DNA of 40,258 nt, taken from assembly GCA_045631585.1 (NCBI GenBank), contig JAZQUX010000102.1, positions 1 to 40,258 of the forward strand, given 5' to 3'. This stretch comes from Eubacteriales bacterium. Its GTDB lineage: Bacteria > Bacillota > Clostridia > Oscillospirales > CAG-272. Below are positions 1-7,645 of the stretch, one piece after another. The position numbers were made by a program, and so were the translations under genes. Within the stretch, counting starts at the first letter, position 1. Every line of letters begins with the position of its first letter. The notes beneath the pieces were generated by a model. The model worked only from the letters and a program-made list of their open reading frames with translations. It was not told where the DNA came from and made no database searches.

Positions 1-131
1 TAGGTGGTGGTGCGCTTCCAGTTCAGCTCACGCTCGCAAAGAGCCACCAGCTCCTTGGTCGTCATCGGCGCGTGCTGCCACACGATGTCGGCAAAATGCG
101 CCTCCACCATGCCAAGTCTCATTTCTTCCAT
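1..131 (-). CDS. BlaI/MecI/CopY-family winged-helix repressor, N-terminal part only (gene runs off the left edge)
   Basis: Absent from the ORF track because it is truncated. Minus-strand translation from ATG 131-129 gives MEEMRLGMVEAHFADIVWQHAPMTTKELVALCERELNWKRTTT. This fits the N-terminal helix pattern of BlaI/MecI repressors (..IW....T..EL......W...T). GGAGGG lies 8 nt upstream of the ATG. Confidence 0.55.
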   Translation of the reverse strand, partial: MEEMRLGMVEAHFADIVWQHAPMTTKELVALCERELNWKRTTT

Positions 132-151
132 ATCAGATGCCCTCCTTTTTT

Positions 152-206
152 GTCTATTACCAGTAGACTGCATGTATAGTCTATCACGTATAGACAACTT
201 TGTCAA
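152..206 (-). promoter_or_regulatory. Predicted sigma-A promoter with two copies of a GTCTA-N7-TAGAC palindrome (candidate BlaI-type operators)
   Basis: Minus strand reads TTGACA (206-201), a 17-nt spacer, then TAGACT (183-178). Palindromes GTCTAttaccagTAGAC (152-168) and GTCTAtcacgtaTAGAC (179-195) lie 27 bp apart. One overlaps the -10/spacer and the other lies between the predicted +1 and the RBS. Confidence 0.4.
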
Positions 207-216
207 GGGGATTTTG

Positions 217-248
217 TAAAAAAATGGACACCGAAAGTTTCGATGTCC
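217..248 (-). terminator. Rho-independent terminator after the 355-aa gene
   Basis: Hairpin ggacaccgaaa/tttcgatgtcc (226-248, one G-U or mismatch). On the minus strand it is followed by a T run (plus-strand taaaaaaa, 217-225). Confidence 0.6.
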
Positions 249-255
249 GTTTGTT

Positions 256-1323
256 CTATTTCTGTTTACTTAACAATTCAACAACTTCCTCTTCCTTCGA
301 CACGTCTAACACCCCTTGCCGAGAAGTCAAGTAGTAGAAGAAGTCCGGATCCTGCTCAACTACGACAATCCATGTTTCTCCAATTTCCGGGCGTCTGCCG
401 CCGGGAAAAGCCAATGCTATGGAAACCTCCTCCTCTTGCAAATTAGCGTCTCCTTTGTACACCTTTTCAACCGTACAATGATACATATATCCGCCAACAA
501 GACGGTCTACCCTAATCTTTAAGACGTGAGAAGTTCCTTGAATAACGTCCTCAAGGTTATCGGATGAAATATAGGTATTCGTATAACGGATATTCGGTAC
601 GTTTTCCGCAAGCTTGAGCATATATTGGATTAAAGATTCTGCGTTCTTCATTGCATTGGGATCTGCAATTTCACCCGCCAACGAACGATCCCATATCTTA
701 CTATTGTGAAGCTGATTCAGAGGAATAATCAAAGGAGAATAACCGTACGTGTAAAACTCGTCATTGTAAACAGATTTGCCATGGCGGTTCAATATGAGCA
801 AATAAGGTTTTCCTTTCATAAAAGGAACACTGACCGATTCTCCGTATACCACATGGGCGCATCTCGCCCATTGAAACGTTACCGTATCCACCTTTGCATC
901 GCCTTTGTAGCGTTCCAGTATTTCAAACTTCAAAAAACATTTTCCATCCTCGATCCATCCGCCAAGATACGTCGCCGAGACAATTTCATTTGCCTGTTGA
1001 CAAATCTCTTCAAAAGTACGTTTGGCAATGATAGTACTGCTTTCCGATATCATTCCATAGATGATGTCGTCCATGTAAACGTCGTTGTCAATTATCGGCG
1101 GCTGATCCTCACTTGGCGGCGTATCCGTATCCCCCGGAGTCTGCGGCACAGAAGGCTTGAACAGCACGGGAATCAGCGCCAAAACCAAGCACACACACGC
1201 CGCAAGACTGGACCATCTTGTCACTTTTCGGCGAAGCGATGCCTTGCGCGTCACGCGCCCCGCGTCCTCGATCATATCAAAATCAATGCCGTTCATGGCG
1301 TCAATGATGTCACGATTCTTCAT
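256..1323 (-). CDS. Single-pass membrane protein, anti-sigma-factor-like, with two internal YKGDA-containing modules
   Basis: 355-aa ORF. Its ATG overlaps the stop of the upstream sigma remnant (ATGA). The N-terminus MKNRDIIDAMNGIDFDMIEDAG resembles proteins encoded after clostridial sigma-70-family genes. One TM segment is present (WSSLAACVCLVLALIPVLF). The extracytoplasmic part holds two similar modules (...FEILERYKGDAK... and ...TVEKVYKGDAN...). Function not established. Confidence 0.7.
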   Translation of the reverse strand: MKNRDIIDAMNGIDFDMIEDAGRVTRKASLRRKVTRWSSLAACVCLVLALIPVLFKPSVPQTPGDTDTPPSEDQPPIIDNDVYMDDIIYGMISESSTIIAKRTFEEICQQANEIVSATYLGGWIEDGKCFLKFEILERYKGDAKVDTVTFQWARCAHVVYGESVSVPFMKGKPYLLILNRHGKSVYNDEFYTYGYSPLIIPLNQLHNSKIWDRSLAGEIADPNAMKNAESLIQYMLKLAENVPNIRYTNTYISSDNLEDVIQGTSHVLKIRVDRLVGGYMYHCTVEKVYKGDANLQEEEVSIALAFPGGRRPEIGETWIVVVEQDPDFFYYLTSRQGVLDVSKEEEVVELLSKQK

Positions 1324-1517
1324 ACGTCAAAGCCCTCCTTTTCCAACGTTTTACGCAGCTTTTCTCTGGCTCTTGCCAGAATGGACTTCACGCGGCTCTC
1401 GCTCGCAGCAAAGGCCGAGGCAATGTCGGCGATCGAATCCATGTACCAATACCGACGAATGAACATACGCCGCGCATCGGTCGGGAGTGAGCGCAAAAAA
1501 TCGTTGAGCGCGTCGCG
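1320..1517 (-). pseudogene. 5'-truncated sigma-70/ECF-family sigma factor; only the linker and region 4 remain
   Basis: My own minus-strand translation, bounded by TAA (1520-1518) and TGA (1322-1320): RDALNDFLRSLPTDARRMFIRRYWYMDSIADIASAFAASESRVKSILARAREKLRKTLEKEGFDV. This is a typical region-4 HTH. Sigma-like residues run in frame upstream of the first Met (1466-1464), which has no SD. No region 2 is present, because a terminator and promoter directly abut the 5' side. Confidence 0.6.
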
Positions 1518-1530
1518 TTATTCTGAAAAT

Positions 1531-1559
1531 ATAATAGCATATTTTCCAACATTTTGCAA
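1531..1559 (-). promoter_or_regulatory. Predicted sigma-A promoter reading into the sigma remnant and anti-sigma-like gene
   Basis: Minus strand reads TTGCAA (1559-1554), a 17-nt spacer, then TATTAT (1536-1531). Confidence 0.5.
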
Positions 1560-1592
1560 GAACGGGTATCGCAACATCTGCGATACCCGTTC
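1560..1592 (-). terminator. Stem-loop after the DUF3737-like gene
   Basis: Perfect 14-bp stem gaacgggtatcgca / tgcgatacccgttc with a 5-nt loop, 4 nt after the stop codon. The U tail is weak (TTGCAAAATGTT). Confidence 0.5.
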
Positions 1593-1596
1593 TGAT

Positions 1597-2436
1597 TTAT
1601 TCTCCCGTGACAACAATATCGCCCCGATATCTTTCATCCTCGCGGATGATCTGGCCGACCGACGGCACGGTGATGCATCCCGACAAGGGGTTCTTGATGC
1701 TGTCGATGGGGGCGGTCAAGGTTGCCTGCACACTCGATTTTTCAAACGACAGATCGGTGTCGATCATCTCGCAGTCGATCATCGTCAAGTTCTTACAGTA
1801 GCACAGCGGTTGAGTGCCAATGATGCGGCAACGCTCAAACGTCACGTCCTCGCAGTACCACGCCAAATACTCGCCCTTGATCACGCTGTCGCGCACAACC
1901 ACGCGCTTGGCGTGCCAAAAGGCGTCTTTCGTGTCAAAGTTGCAATGGTCAAACTCCGCATCCTCGATGTACTGGAAGGAATATTTGCCCTTGAGCGTCA
2001 CGTCTTCAAAGCGCAAGCCCGTCGAGCGCATCATAAAATATTCACCCTCCGCGCGGCAATGTTGCATAGCAATTCCCTGCACTGACCAGCCAAATTCGGT
2101 CGAAACAATATCACAATTCTGCATTCTCACGTCAGCACATTCGCGAAGTGCCTTGATGCCGTGCAGTTTGGTGTCCGCAATCTCAACGTTGCTCGAATAC
2201 CACAGCGCAGCGCGGCACAAGGGTGTCATTTCAGAGCTGCTGATATGTAGGCCAACGTCATGCCAAAATGGGTAACGCAGATTAAAATAGCACTGTTCCA
2301 CACGCACGTCGCGGCATTCCTTAAACGCGCTCTCGCCGTCGGCGGGGCCGTCGAAGGTACAGCAGCGAACCAGCGTATCGGTACATTCGTACAGCGCGCG
2401 TTCGGCATCCAGCGTTTGATTTTCGATCAAATTCAT
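1597..2436 (-). CDS. DUF3737-like beta-helix repeat protein
   Basis: Track ORF 1597-2451. MNLIENQTLDAERALY..., the repeated Cys/Asp-rich about 20-aa turns and the length (about 280 aa) match my recollection of DUF3737 proteins. I prefer the ATG at 2436 (GAGGA 5 nt upstream). Alternative starts are at 2448 (ATG) and 2451 (TTG). Confidence 0.7.
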   Translation of the reverse strand: MNLIENQTLDAERALYECTDTLVRCCTFDGPADGESAFKECRDVRVEQCYFNLRYPFWHDVGLHISSSEMTPLCRAALWYSSNVEIADTKLHGIKALRECADVRMQNCDIVSTEFGWSVQGIAMQHCRAEGEYFMMRSTGLRFEDVTLKGKYSFQYIEDAEFDHCNFDTKDAFWHAKRVVVRDSVIKGEYLAWYCEDVTFERCRIIGTQPLCYCKNLTMIDCEMIDTDLSFEKSSVQATLTAPIDSIKNPLSGCITVPSVGQIIREDERYRGDIVVTGE

Positions 2437-2447
2437 GTTATTCCTCA

Positions 2448-2687
2448 TCAATTCTGTTTTTGTACACTCTTGTACTCATCGTAATAACGGTAGTAAGGGC
2501 ACGCGCGGGTATTCCGCTCCATGAAACGAATACGCTCGTCCTCGTCCAAATCCATGCCGCATACGTAGGCATCGATCTCATCATCGTAATCGTAATGCAC
2601 ACAGCTCTCGCAGTTGGTCGGTTTGTCCTTTTTCTGCGGCAATTTCTTTTTGTACTTGTCGAAGTTCAGATCCATCAAATGTTCCAT
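2448..2687 (-). CDS. Small Cys-rich acidic protein (about 79 aa), function unknown
   Basis: Track ORF 2448-2726. The internal ATG at 2687 has GAGGG upstream and avoids overlapping coaD. Cys pattern: CESC ... C ... C(PYY). Its stop TGA overlaps the next gene's ATG (TGATG). Confidence 0.55.
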   Translation of the reverse strand: MEHLMDLNFDKYKKKLPQKKDKPTNCESCVHYDYDDEIDAYVCGMDLDEDERIRFMERNTRACPYYRYYDEYKSVQKQN

Positions 2688-2694
2688 ACGACCC

Positions 2695-3219
2695 TCATTG
2701 ATCTCTCTTTCGGATATAGTCGGCAACGGCGACGGGCAAAATCCCTGCCGTATCCTTCCCTACTTGAATACACTCGCGTACCAACGTAGAGCTAATATGA
2801 TCGTAGGCCGGATCGGCCGGCAAATACAGCGTTTCGGCTCTCGGATTGTGAGCGCGGTTATACAACGCGTGCTTTTGCTCATAGACATAATCCGTCTCGT
2901 TTCGCACGCCCTTGACAATGACGTCCGCGCGCAACTCATCTACCAAGTCAATCAATCGCGCGGTCGAAGAAATGACCTGCACATTGGGAAGATTCTCGCA
3001 GGCAAGCCGAGCCATTTCTGCCCGCTCGTCCATCGAAAACATATACTCCTTGACTTTAGCGTCCGCGACATAAGCCCGCATATCGTTGGTCATGACGGCA
3101 ACGACCACGCGATCAAACACCGCGGCGGCGCGGCGAATCACGTCCATGTGGCCGATCGTGATAGGATCGTAGCTGCCGGGCAACAGGGCCACGGTCGTTT
3201 TGGGACATTTATTCTCCAT
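2695..3219 (-). CDS. coaD: Phosphopantetheine adenylyltransferase
   Basis: VALLPGSYDPITIGHMDVIRRAA (the T/HxGH nucleotidyltransferase motif). About 170 aa. AGGAGG RBS. Overlaps the rsmD 3' end by 11 nt. Confidence 0.93.
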   Translation of the reverse strand: MENKCPKTTVALLPGSYDPITIGHMDVIRRAAAVFDRVVVAVMTNDMRAYVADAKVKEYMFSMDERAEMARLACENLPNVQVISSTARLIDLVDELRADVIVKGVRNETDYVYEQKHALYNRAHNPRAETLYLPADPAYDHISSTLVRECIQVGKDTAGILPVAVADYIRKRDQ

Positions 3220-3796
3220 GGCTCTCCTCCTTGTGGTAACTCAGCACCGTCACGGTTGCGGCGCCGTATTTGGCGCGGCGGCGAATGTCAAACGAAACAG
3301 CCAAGTCTTGCCGTCCCTCGAAGATGTCCTCCTCGGCGCTCTCGCACACCACGAATGCGCCATCCTCCAATCGATCCTCTTTGAGCAAAAGATCCAGCAC
3401 CGGACACACGAGCCGTTTGGCATAGGGAGGATCGATCACAACCAAGCCAAACTGCTTAGGTACCCCCGGCTGCACGGAGCGCAAAACATCGGCATAGTCG
3501 GCGCAAAGCACCGTGCACTCTGCTTCAAAGTGGGTTTTCGCAACGTTCTTTTTGATGATGTCCACCGCTTTGGGAGAAGCATCCACCAGCACAGCCTTTT
3601 CAGCGCCGCGGCTAATCGCCTCCAAGCCCATCTGTCCCGAGCCGGCAAACAAATCGAGAACCGTTCGCCCCGCCAGCTCAAACTGTAGCATGGAGAACAC
3701 CGCCTCCTTTGCCCGTTCCGAGGTAGGGCGGGTTGCCTCACCCTCCAACGTGTATAAATGCGTGCCGCGCGCGCGGCCTGTGATAATTCTCATCAT
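3209..3796 (-). CDS. rsmD: 16S rRNA (guanine966-N2)-methyltransferase
   Basis: MRIITGRARG...RPTSERAKEAVFSML...LDLFAGSGQMGLEAISRGA...VVIDPPY. Start placed at ATG 3796 (GGAGGA 8 nt upstream) rather than the TTG at 3829. Confidence 0.9.
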   Translation of the reverse strand: MMRIITGRARGTHLYTLEGEATRPTSERAKEAVFSMLQFELAGRTVLDLFAGSGQMGLEAISRGAEKAVLVDASPKAVDIIKKNVAKTHFEAECTVLCADYADVLRSVQPGVPKQFGLVVIDPPYAKRLVCPVLDLLLKEDRLEDGAFVVCESAEEDIFEGRQDLAVSFDIRRRAKYGAATVTVLSYHKEESHGE

Positions 3797-3946
3797 AAGT
3801 CGTGTCCTCCATACGCCTCCGGCGGCCAAGGGGGCTTTTCAAAAAGCCCCAAAGCCCCAAAAGCTTTATAGGAAATGGTCATTGGCGCAAGGGAAAATCA
3901 ACACGCGATTCCAAAGGCAACACCCGTAAAATCACTTACCAAACGC

Positions 3947-5800
3947 TCAACCTTCTTTGGAATGAAAATGGTCATACACCGCCTGCGCGTCACGCTGACT
4001 GATGCCCTTGACCTCGGCAAGCTGTTGCAGGTCTGCCTGCTTGATGGCACCGAGTCCGCCCAGTACCGTCAACAGTTTTTTCGCCTTGGCCGCCCCGATG
4101 CCGGGGATTTTTTCAAGAGATGAGGTTTTGATGGTCTTCCGCTTGGCCGTCTCCATCCGGGACACGGTATAGCGATGGACCTCTTCCTGAATGCGGTACA
4201 GCAACATAAATACCTGTTGTTCGCGAGCGATGCTGATTTCTTCGGTATCGGTGCAAAGCGCACGCGTTTTATGATAATCGTCCTTCACCATACCGAACAC
4301 GGGAATGTCCAGCCCCATCTCATCCAGTAATTGACGAATCACGCCCACGTGCCCGCGACCGCCGTCCAACAATATCAAATCCGGCACGGTCGAAAACGAT
4401 CCCTTCTCATCCTGAAGATGAGAAAGGCGGCGAAACAGCGCCTCTCGCATACTTGCGTAGTCATCCGTACCCTCCACGCTCTTAATATGAAACGTTCGAT
4501 AATCCGAACGCTTGAATTGTCCGTCGCAGCAGACGATCATACCCGCCGTCAGGTGTTCGCTTCCCAAATTGGAGATGTCGTACGCCTCTATTCGTTCCGG
4601 ATAGACCTCCAAACCGCACAGCTGCGCCAATCGGATCAGGGTTCCATCGTCCTTTTCCAAGGCGGCGCGATGCTTCTCCGCACGCTCGCGGGCATTGTCC
4701 GAGACGGTCATGCACAACGCGTGCAAGCGTCCCCGTTCGGGCACACGCACCGTCACCTTGTGACCGGCCAGTGCCGTCAAATATTCGGACAACGTCTCCA
4801 AATCCTGCTCCTCCATGTCAAAGGAAAGCAAAATCTCTTTGGGAATATCGGAACGAAGCCGATAATGCTCGCACACAAACGCGCTCATATCACCCGCCTC
4901 AGTCAGCTGATCCCGCCCGAACAAGAAATCGTTTTTATCGGTGACTGCGCCCTCGCGCACATAGAAAACAGAAATGCAGGAGCAAATATCATCGCTGTAC
5001 AGACCAATCACATCCTGCTCCGTGTCAGGAGACGCAACCATGTTTTGACGGTCGCTCAAGCGTTCCAGCGCTCGCAACGTATCGCGGCAAGCCGCAGCCG
5101 CTTCGTAACGCTCCTGCTCGGCATATATCATCATATACTCTTGCATCTGCCGTTTAACCTGCGATGTTTTGCCTCTCAAAATATCGGTCGCCATATCGAT
5201 ACGGGCACGGTAATCTTCCAGGCTGATCTCCCCGGTGCAAACGCCGCAACAGCGCCCCATCTGATAGTACAAGCAAGGACGCACCTTTCCGATATCCCTT
5301 GGAAAACGATGTTTGCAGTCAGGCAATCCCAGTGTTTTTTTCAGCGTATCCAAAATGGAAAATACCGCCGAAACGCCAGAATAAGGGCCAAAATATTTGC
5401 CCTTGTCCGCCACGCGAGAGCGTGTCATCACCAAGCGGGGATATTCCTCCGCTGTTACCTTGATATACGGATAGGATTTGGCATCCTTGAGTCGAATGTT
5501 ATATTTTGGTGAATACTGTTTGATCAGAGCATTCTCCAGCGTCAGCGCCTCAATCTCCGTGTCGCAAAGAAAATAATCGAAATTAGCGACCAGCGATACC
5601 ATACGCGCCGTTTTGGCGTTTTTCTCGCTCTGTTGGAAATATTGAGATACTCTATGCTTCAGTTTCCGTGATTTCCCCACATAAATCACCTTGCCACTGC
5701 GGTCACGCATCAGATAGACACCGGGCAACAGGGGTAATTGATTCGCTTTTTGTAACAGTTGTTCCGCGCTCAAACGGATCATCTCTTGATCTGTCTGCAC
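3947..5800 (-). CDS. uvrC: Excinuclease ABC subunit C
   Basis: GIY-YIG motif (PGVYLMRDRSGKVIYVGKSRKLKHRVSQYF), a UvrBC-interaction region and a C-terminal HhH2 (IPGIGAAKAKKLL). Start is most likely GTG 5800 (AGGAGG 8 nt upstream) or ATG 5782. The track start 5902 adds an implausible leader. Confidence 0.93.
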   Translation of the reverse strand: MQTDQEMIRLSAEQLLQKANQLPLLPGVYLMRDRSGKVIYVGKSRKLKHRVSQYFQQSEKNAKTARMVSLVANFDYFLCDTEIEALTLENALIKQYSPKYNIRLKDAKSYPYIKVTAEEYPRLVMTRSRVADKGKYFGPYSGVSAVFSILDTLKKTLGLPDCKHRFPRDIGKVRPCLYYQMGRCCGVCTGEISLEDYRARIDMATDILRGKTSQVKRQMQEYMMIYAEQERYEAAAACRDTLRALERLSDRQNMVASPDTEQDVIGLYSDDICSCISVFYVREGAVTDKNDFLFGRDQLTEAGDMSAFVCEHYRLRSDIPKEILLSFDMEEQDLETLSEYLTALAGHKVTVRVPERGRLHALCMTVSDNARERAEKHRAALEKDDGTLIRLAQLCGLEVYPERIEAYDISNLGSEHLTAGMIVCCDGQFKRSDYRTFHIKSVEGTDDYASMREALFRRLSHLQDEKGSFSTVPDLILLDGGRGHVGVIRQLLDEMGLDIPVFGMVKDDYHKTRALCTDTEEISIAREQQVFMLLYRIQEEVHRYTVSRMETAKRKTIKTSSLEKIPGIGAAKAKKLLTVLGGLGAIKQADLQQLAEVKGISQRDAQAVYDHFHSKEG

Positions 5801-5928
5801 TGACACGCCCTCCTTTCGGGGAATAAAAAGACGGCGTGAACTCGGGTCGCACTCATAGTGCCGGGCATTTGCCCCCGCGCTCTCGCCGTTGTGTTTGCTC
5901 ACGGCAAAGCCGTATACGAGCCTTTGAT

Positions 5929-6195
5929 TTAGTTATTGCCAAAGCCGCTGTCGATCAGCTCAGAAAGGCCGTCCAATGCCGCAACCTCGTCCTGACCATC
6001 TGCGATGAGGGTGATGGACATTCCCTTGGCAATTCCCAAAGAAAGAACGCCAAGCAGGCTCTTTGCATTAACGCGACGATCATCCTTCTCCACCCAAATG
6101 GTGCTGCGGAAGGAATTGGCCTTCTGAATAAAGAAGGTCGCGGGGCGCGCGTGAAGGCCGCTGGTATTGATAATAACAACTTCGCGGGAAATCAT
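5929..6195 (-). CDS. ptsH: Phosphocarrier protein HPr
   Basis: 88 aa. His15 context is SGLHARPA and Ser46 context is NAKSLLGVLSLG. Confidence 0.9.
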   Translation of the reverse strand: MISREVVIINTSGLHARPATFFIQKANSFRSTIWVEKDDRRVNAKSLLGVLSLGIAKGMSITLIADGQDEVAALDGLSELIDSGFGNN

Positions 6196-6312
6196 ACGGT
6201 GTTTGTCTCTCCTGTCTCATAGTTTAACGCATGTCTTTCGTACAAAAGAAAGACAATGTGGGGGGCCGACGTCACCGAAATGATCGGCCGCCGAGCAGAG
6301 CTATCTATAATT

Positions 6313-6341
6313 AGTATATCAAAAAACGCCGATAAAATCAA
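6313..6341 (-). promoter_or_regulatory. Predicted sigma-A promoter of ptsH
   Basis: Minus strand reads TTGATT (6341-6336), a 17-nt spacer, then TATACT (6318-6313). It implies a leader of about 110 nt containing two hairpins. Confidence 0.5.
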
Positions 6342-6447
6342 GCAAAACTTTATTGTGCTTTTTCATAAATTTTCGCCAAGCCCCATCGATAATATGTCAT
6401 ATAATACACATATCCGACAAGGGAACCACCCCAAAAACCGATTCTTG

Positions 6448-6987
6448 TTATTTTACAGCTGCCGTAATTTGCACGACGGTCAACACAAAGCTGACTTGTT
6501 CGGTATGCACGGCAATCGTCTGACCGGGCGTTACCGGCGTTCTGCCATCCAACAGGAAGCTGCCATCCTCGCCCAAGCGTCCGCGGCAGGTGACACTACC
6601 GATCACATCCATCAAAGACGAATCGGGATGATCCAACGTCACATAGTTTCCGTTCTCGTCCTGCACTGTTACCTGAGCGGCACTGACGGCAAATATCGAG
6701 CCCTCAGTGGCCTTTTCATATTTCTGAAGTGTACCGAACGATTCGCCCGTGGAATCCAAAAACAGCGTCTCCTGATCCTTAATCTTATTCTTCGCATCCG
6801 AGAGTAGCTGCTTGACTTCAAACGTAATCAGAACATCCTGTTGCGCATCCTGTTCGACTTCCTTTACCGATTGGTAATAACGATAGCCAACGGTCGCAAT
6901 CGCGGCCAAAAGCAACAGTACAATGACAATATCCAATACGTTTCCGCGACGCGACGTACGTTTGGTATTCTTTTCTTCTGTTCTCAT
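6448..6987 (-). CDS. DUF4330-like membrane-anchored protein (copy 2)
   Basis: 179 aa. A basic N-terminus, then one TM (VLDIVIVLLLLAAIATVGY), then a beta-rich domain. AGGAGGGG RBS. Same architecture as the upstream gene. Confidence 0.65.
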   Translation of the reverse strand: MRTEEKNTKRTSRRGNVLDIVIVLLLLAAIATVGYRYYQSVKEVEQDAQQDVLITFEVKQLLSDAKNKIKDQETLFLDSTGESFGTLQKYEKATEGSIFAVSAAQVTVQDENGNYVTLDHPDSSLMDVIGSVTCRGRLGEDGSFLLDGRTPVTPGQTIAVHTEQVSFVLTVVQITAAVK

Positions 6988-6999
6988 ATCAGCCCCTCC

Positions 7000-7608
7000 T
7001 TACTTAATTTCCGCGAGCGAGGTGCAAACGCCATATCCTACGTAGCGGGGGAAACGGACGTGGTAGGTCGAACCCAAGCGCAATGCGCAACCATCAACCT
7101 CATAGCCTCGTCCTTCTGTGTAGATCGCATCGACCGTGATCGTCACCGTAACGTTATACCGTCCGGGAACCTCACGAGACTCCGCTGTTACTACCTTGTT
7201 TCCTTCTCCGTCCGTTCCCGTAACGGCAACGGTCTGGGTGTACGGAACAGCGGCAGCATTGCTTTCTACCAAACCAAGAGACGTCTTGGAATTGGCATCG
7301 TAAAGGGTATCATCCTTGCCAACGGCATTCTTAAACGCTTCATCAACATTGTAGAAGGTCAAAGAATAGCGAACCTTGCACGCCACCCCTTCTTCGCCTC
7401 TGCCAAACCATTTTCCGATGCCAAAACCCGTCGCCAGCATCACAATCACGGCAACAATGGCAAGAAGCACCAGAATATCAAAAAAGTTAAAAACACGCTT
7501 GCCTTTCTTAGCAGCAAAAGGCGCCGAATGCTTGCCGCGACCGCGGCCATTCTTTTCTTCGCCGATCGCAATGTCTTCCTCTTGTCGGCGGTAATGATTT
7601 TCAGCCAT
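7000..7608 (-). CDS. DUF4330-like membrane-anchored protein (copy 1)
   Basis: Track ORF 7000-7626 starts at a TTG. ATG 7608 has GAAAGGA 8 nt upstream. Basic N-terminus, one TM (FFDILVLLAIVAVIVMLATGF), then a beta-rich domain. Confidence 0.65.
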   Translation of the reverse strand: MAENHYRRQEEDIAIGEEKNGRGRGKHSAPFAAKKGKRVFNFFDILVLLAIVAVIVMLATGFGIGKWFGRGEEGVACKVRYSLTFYNVDEAFKNAVGKDDTLYDANSKTSLGLVESNAAAVPYTQTVAVTGTDGEGNKVVTAESREVPGRYNVTVTITVDAIYTEGRGYEVDGCALRLGSTYHVRFPRYVGYGVCTSLAEIK

Positions 7609-7645
7609 AACGCAAGTCCTTTCCAAATTTCAGTTTATCTCTGCT

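Noticed and set aside
706-2085. Long plus-strand ORF (459 aa). Similar long ORFs lie opposite real genes: 4331-5512, 9460-10707, 25657-26616, 27858-28844, 33324-34166, 35568-37433, 37264-38292.
   Set aside because: Each lies antisense to a gene with clear family motifs. Their translations are Arg/His/Gln-rich low-information sequence without recognisable domains or SD sites. These are typical shadow ORFs of a moderately GC-rich genome.
3831-3868. The ggggcttt / aaagcccc repeats (aaagcccc occurs twice in tandem) between uvrC and rsmD, considered as a terminator or attenuator.
   Set aside because: No U tract follows the hairpin on either strand. It may form alternative stems, but I cannot support a function.
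5782-5902. N-terminal extensions suggested by the ORF track: uvrC to 5902, rsmD to 3829, addB from 17785, the isomerase to 39435, the RHH ORF to 34537, and the anti-sigma to 30891.
   Set aside because: The extensions lack SD sites, overlap upstream genes or promoters, and add non-homologous sequence. Internal starts with GGAGG-type SDs fit the family N-termini.
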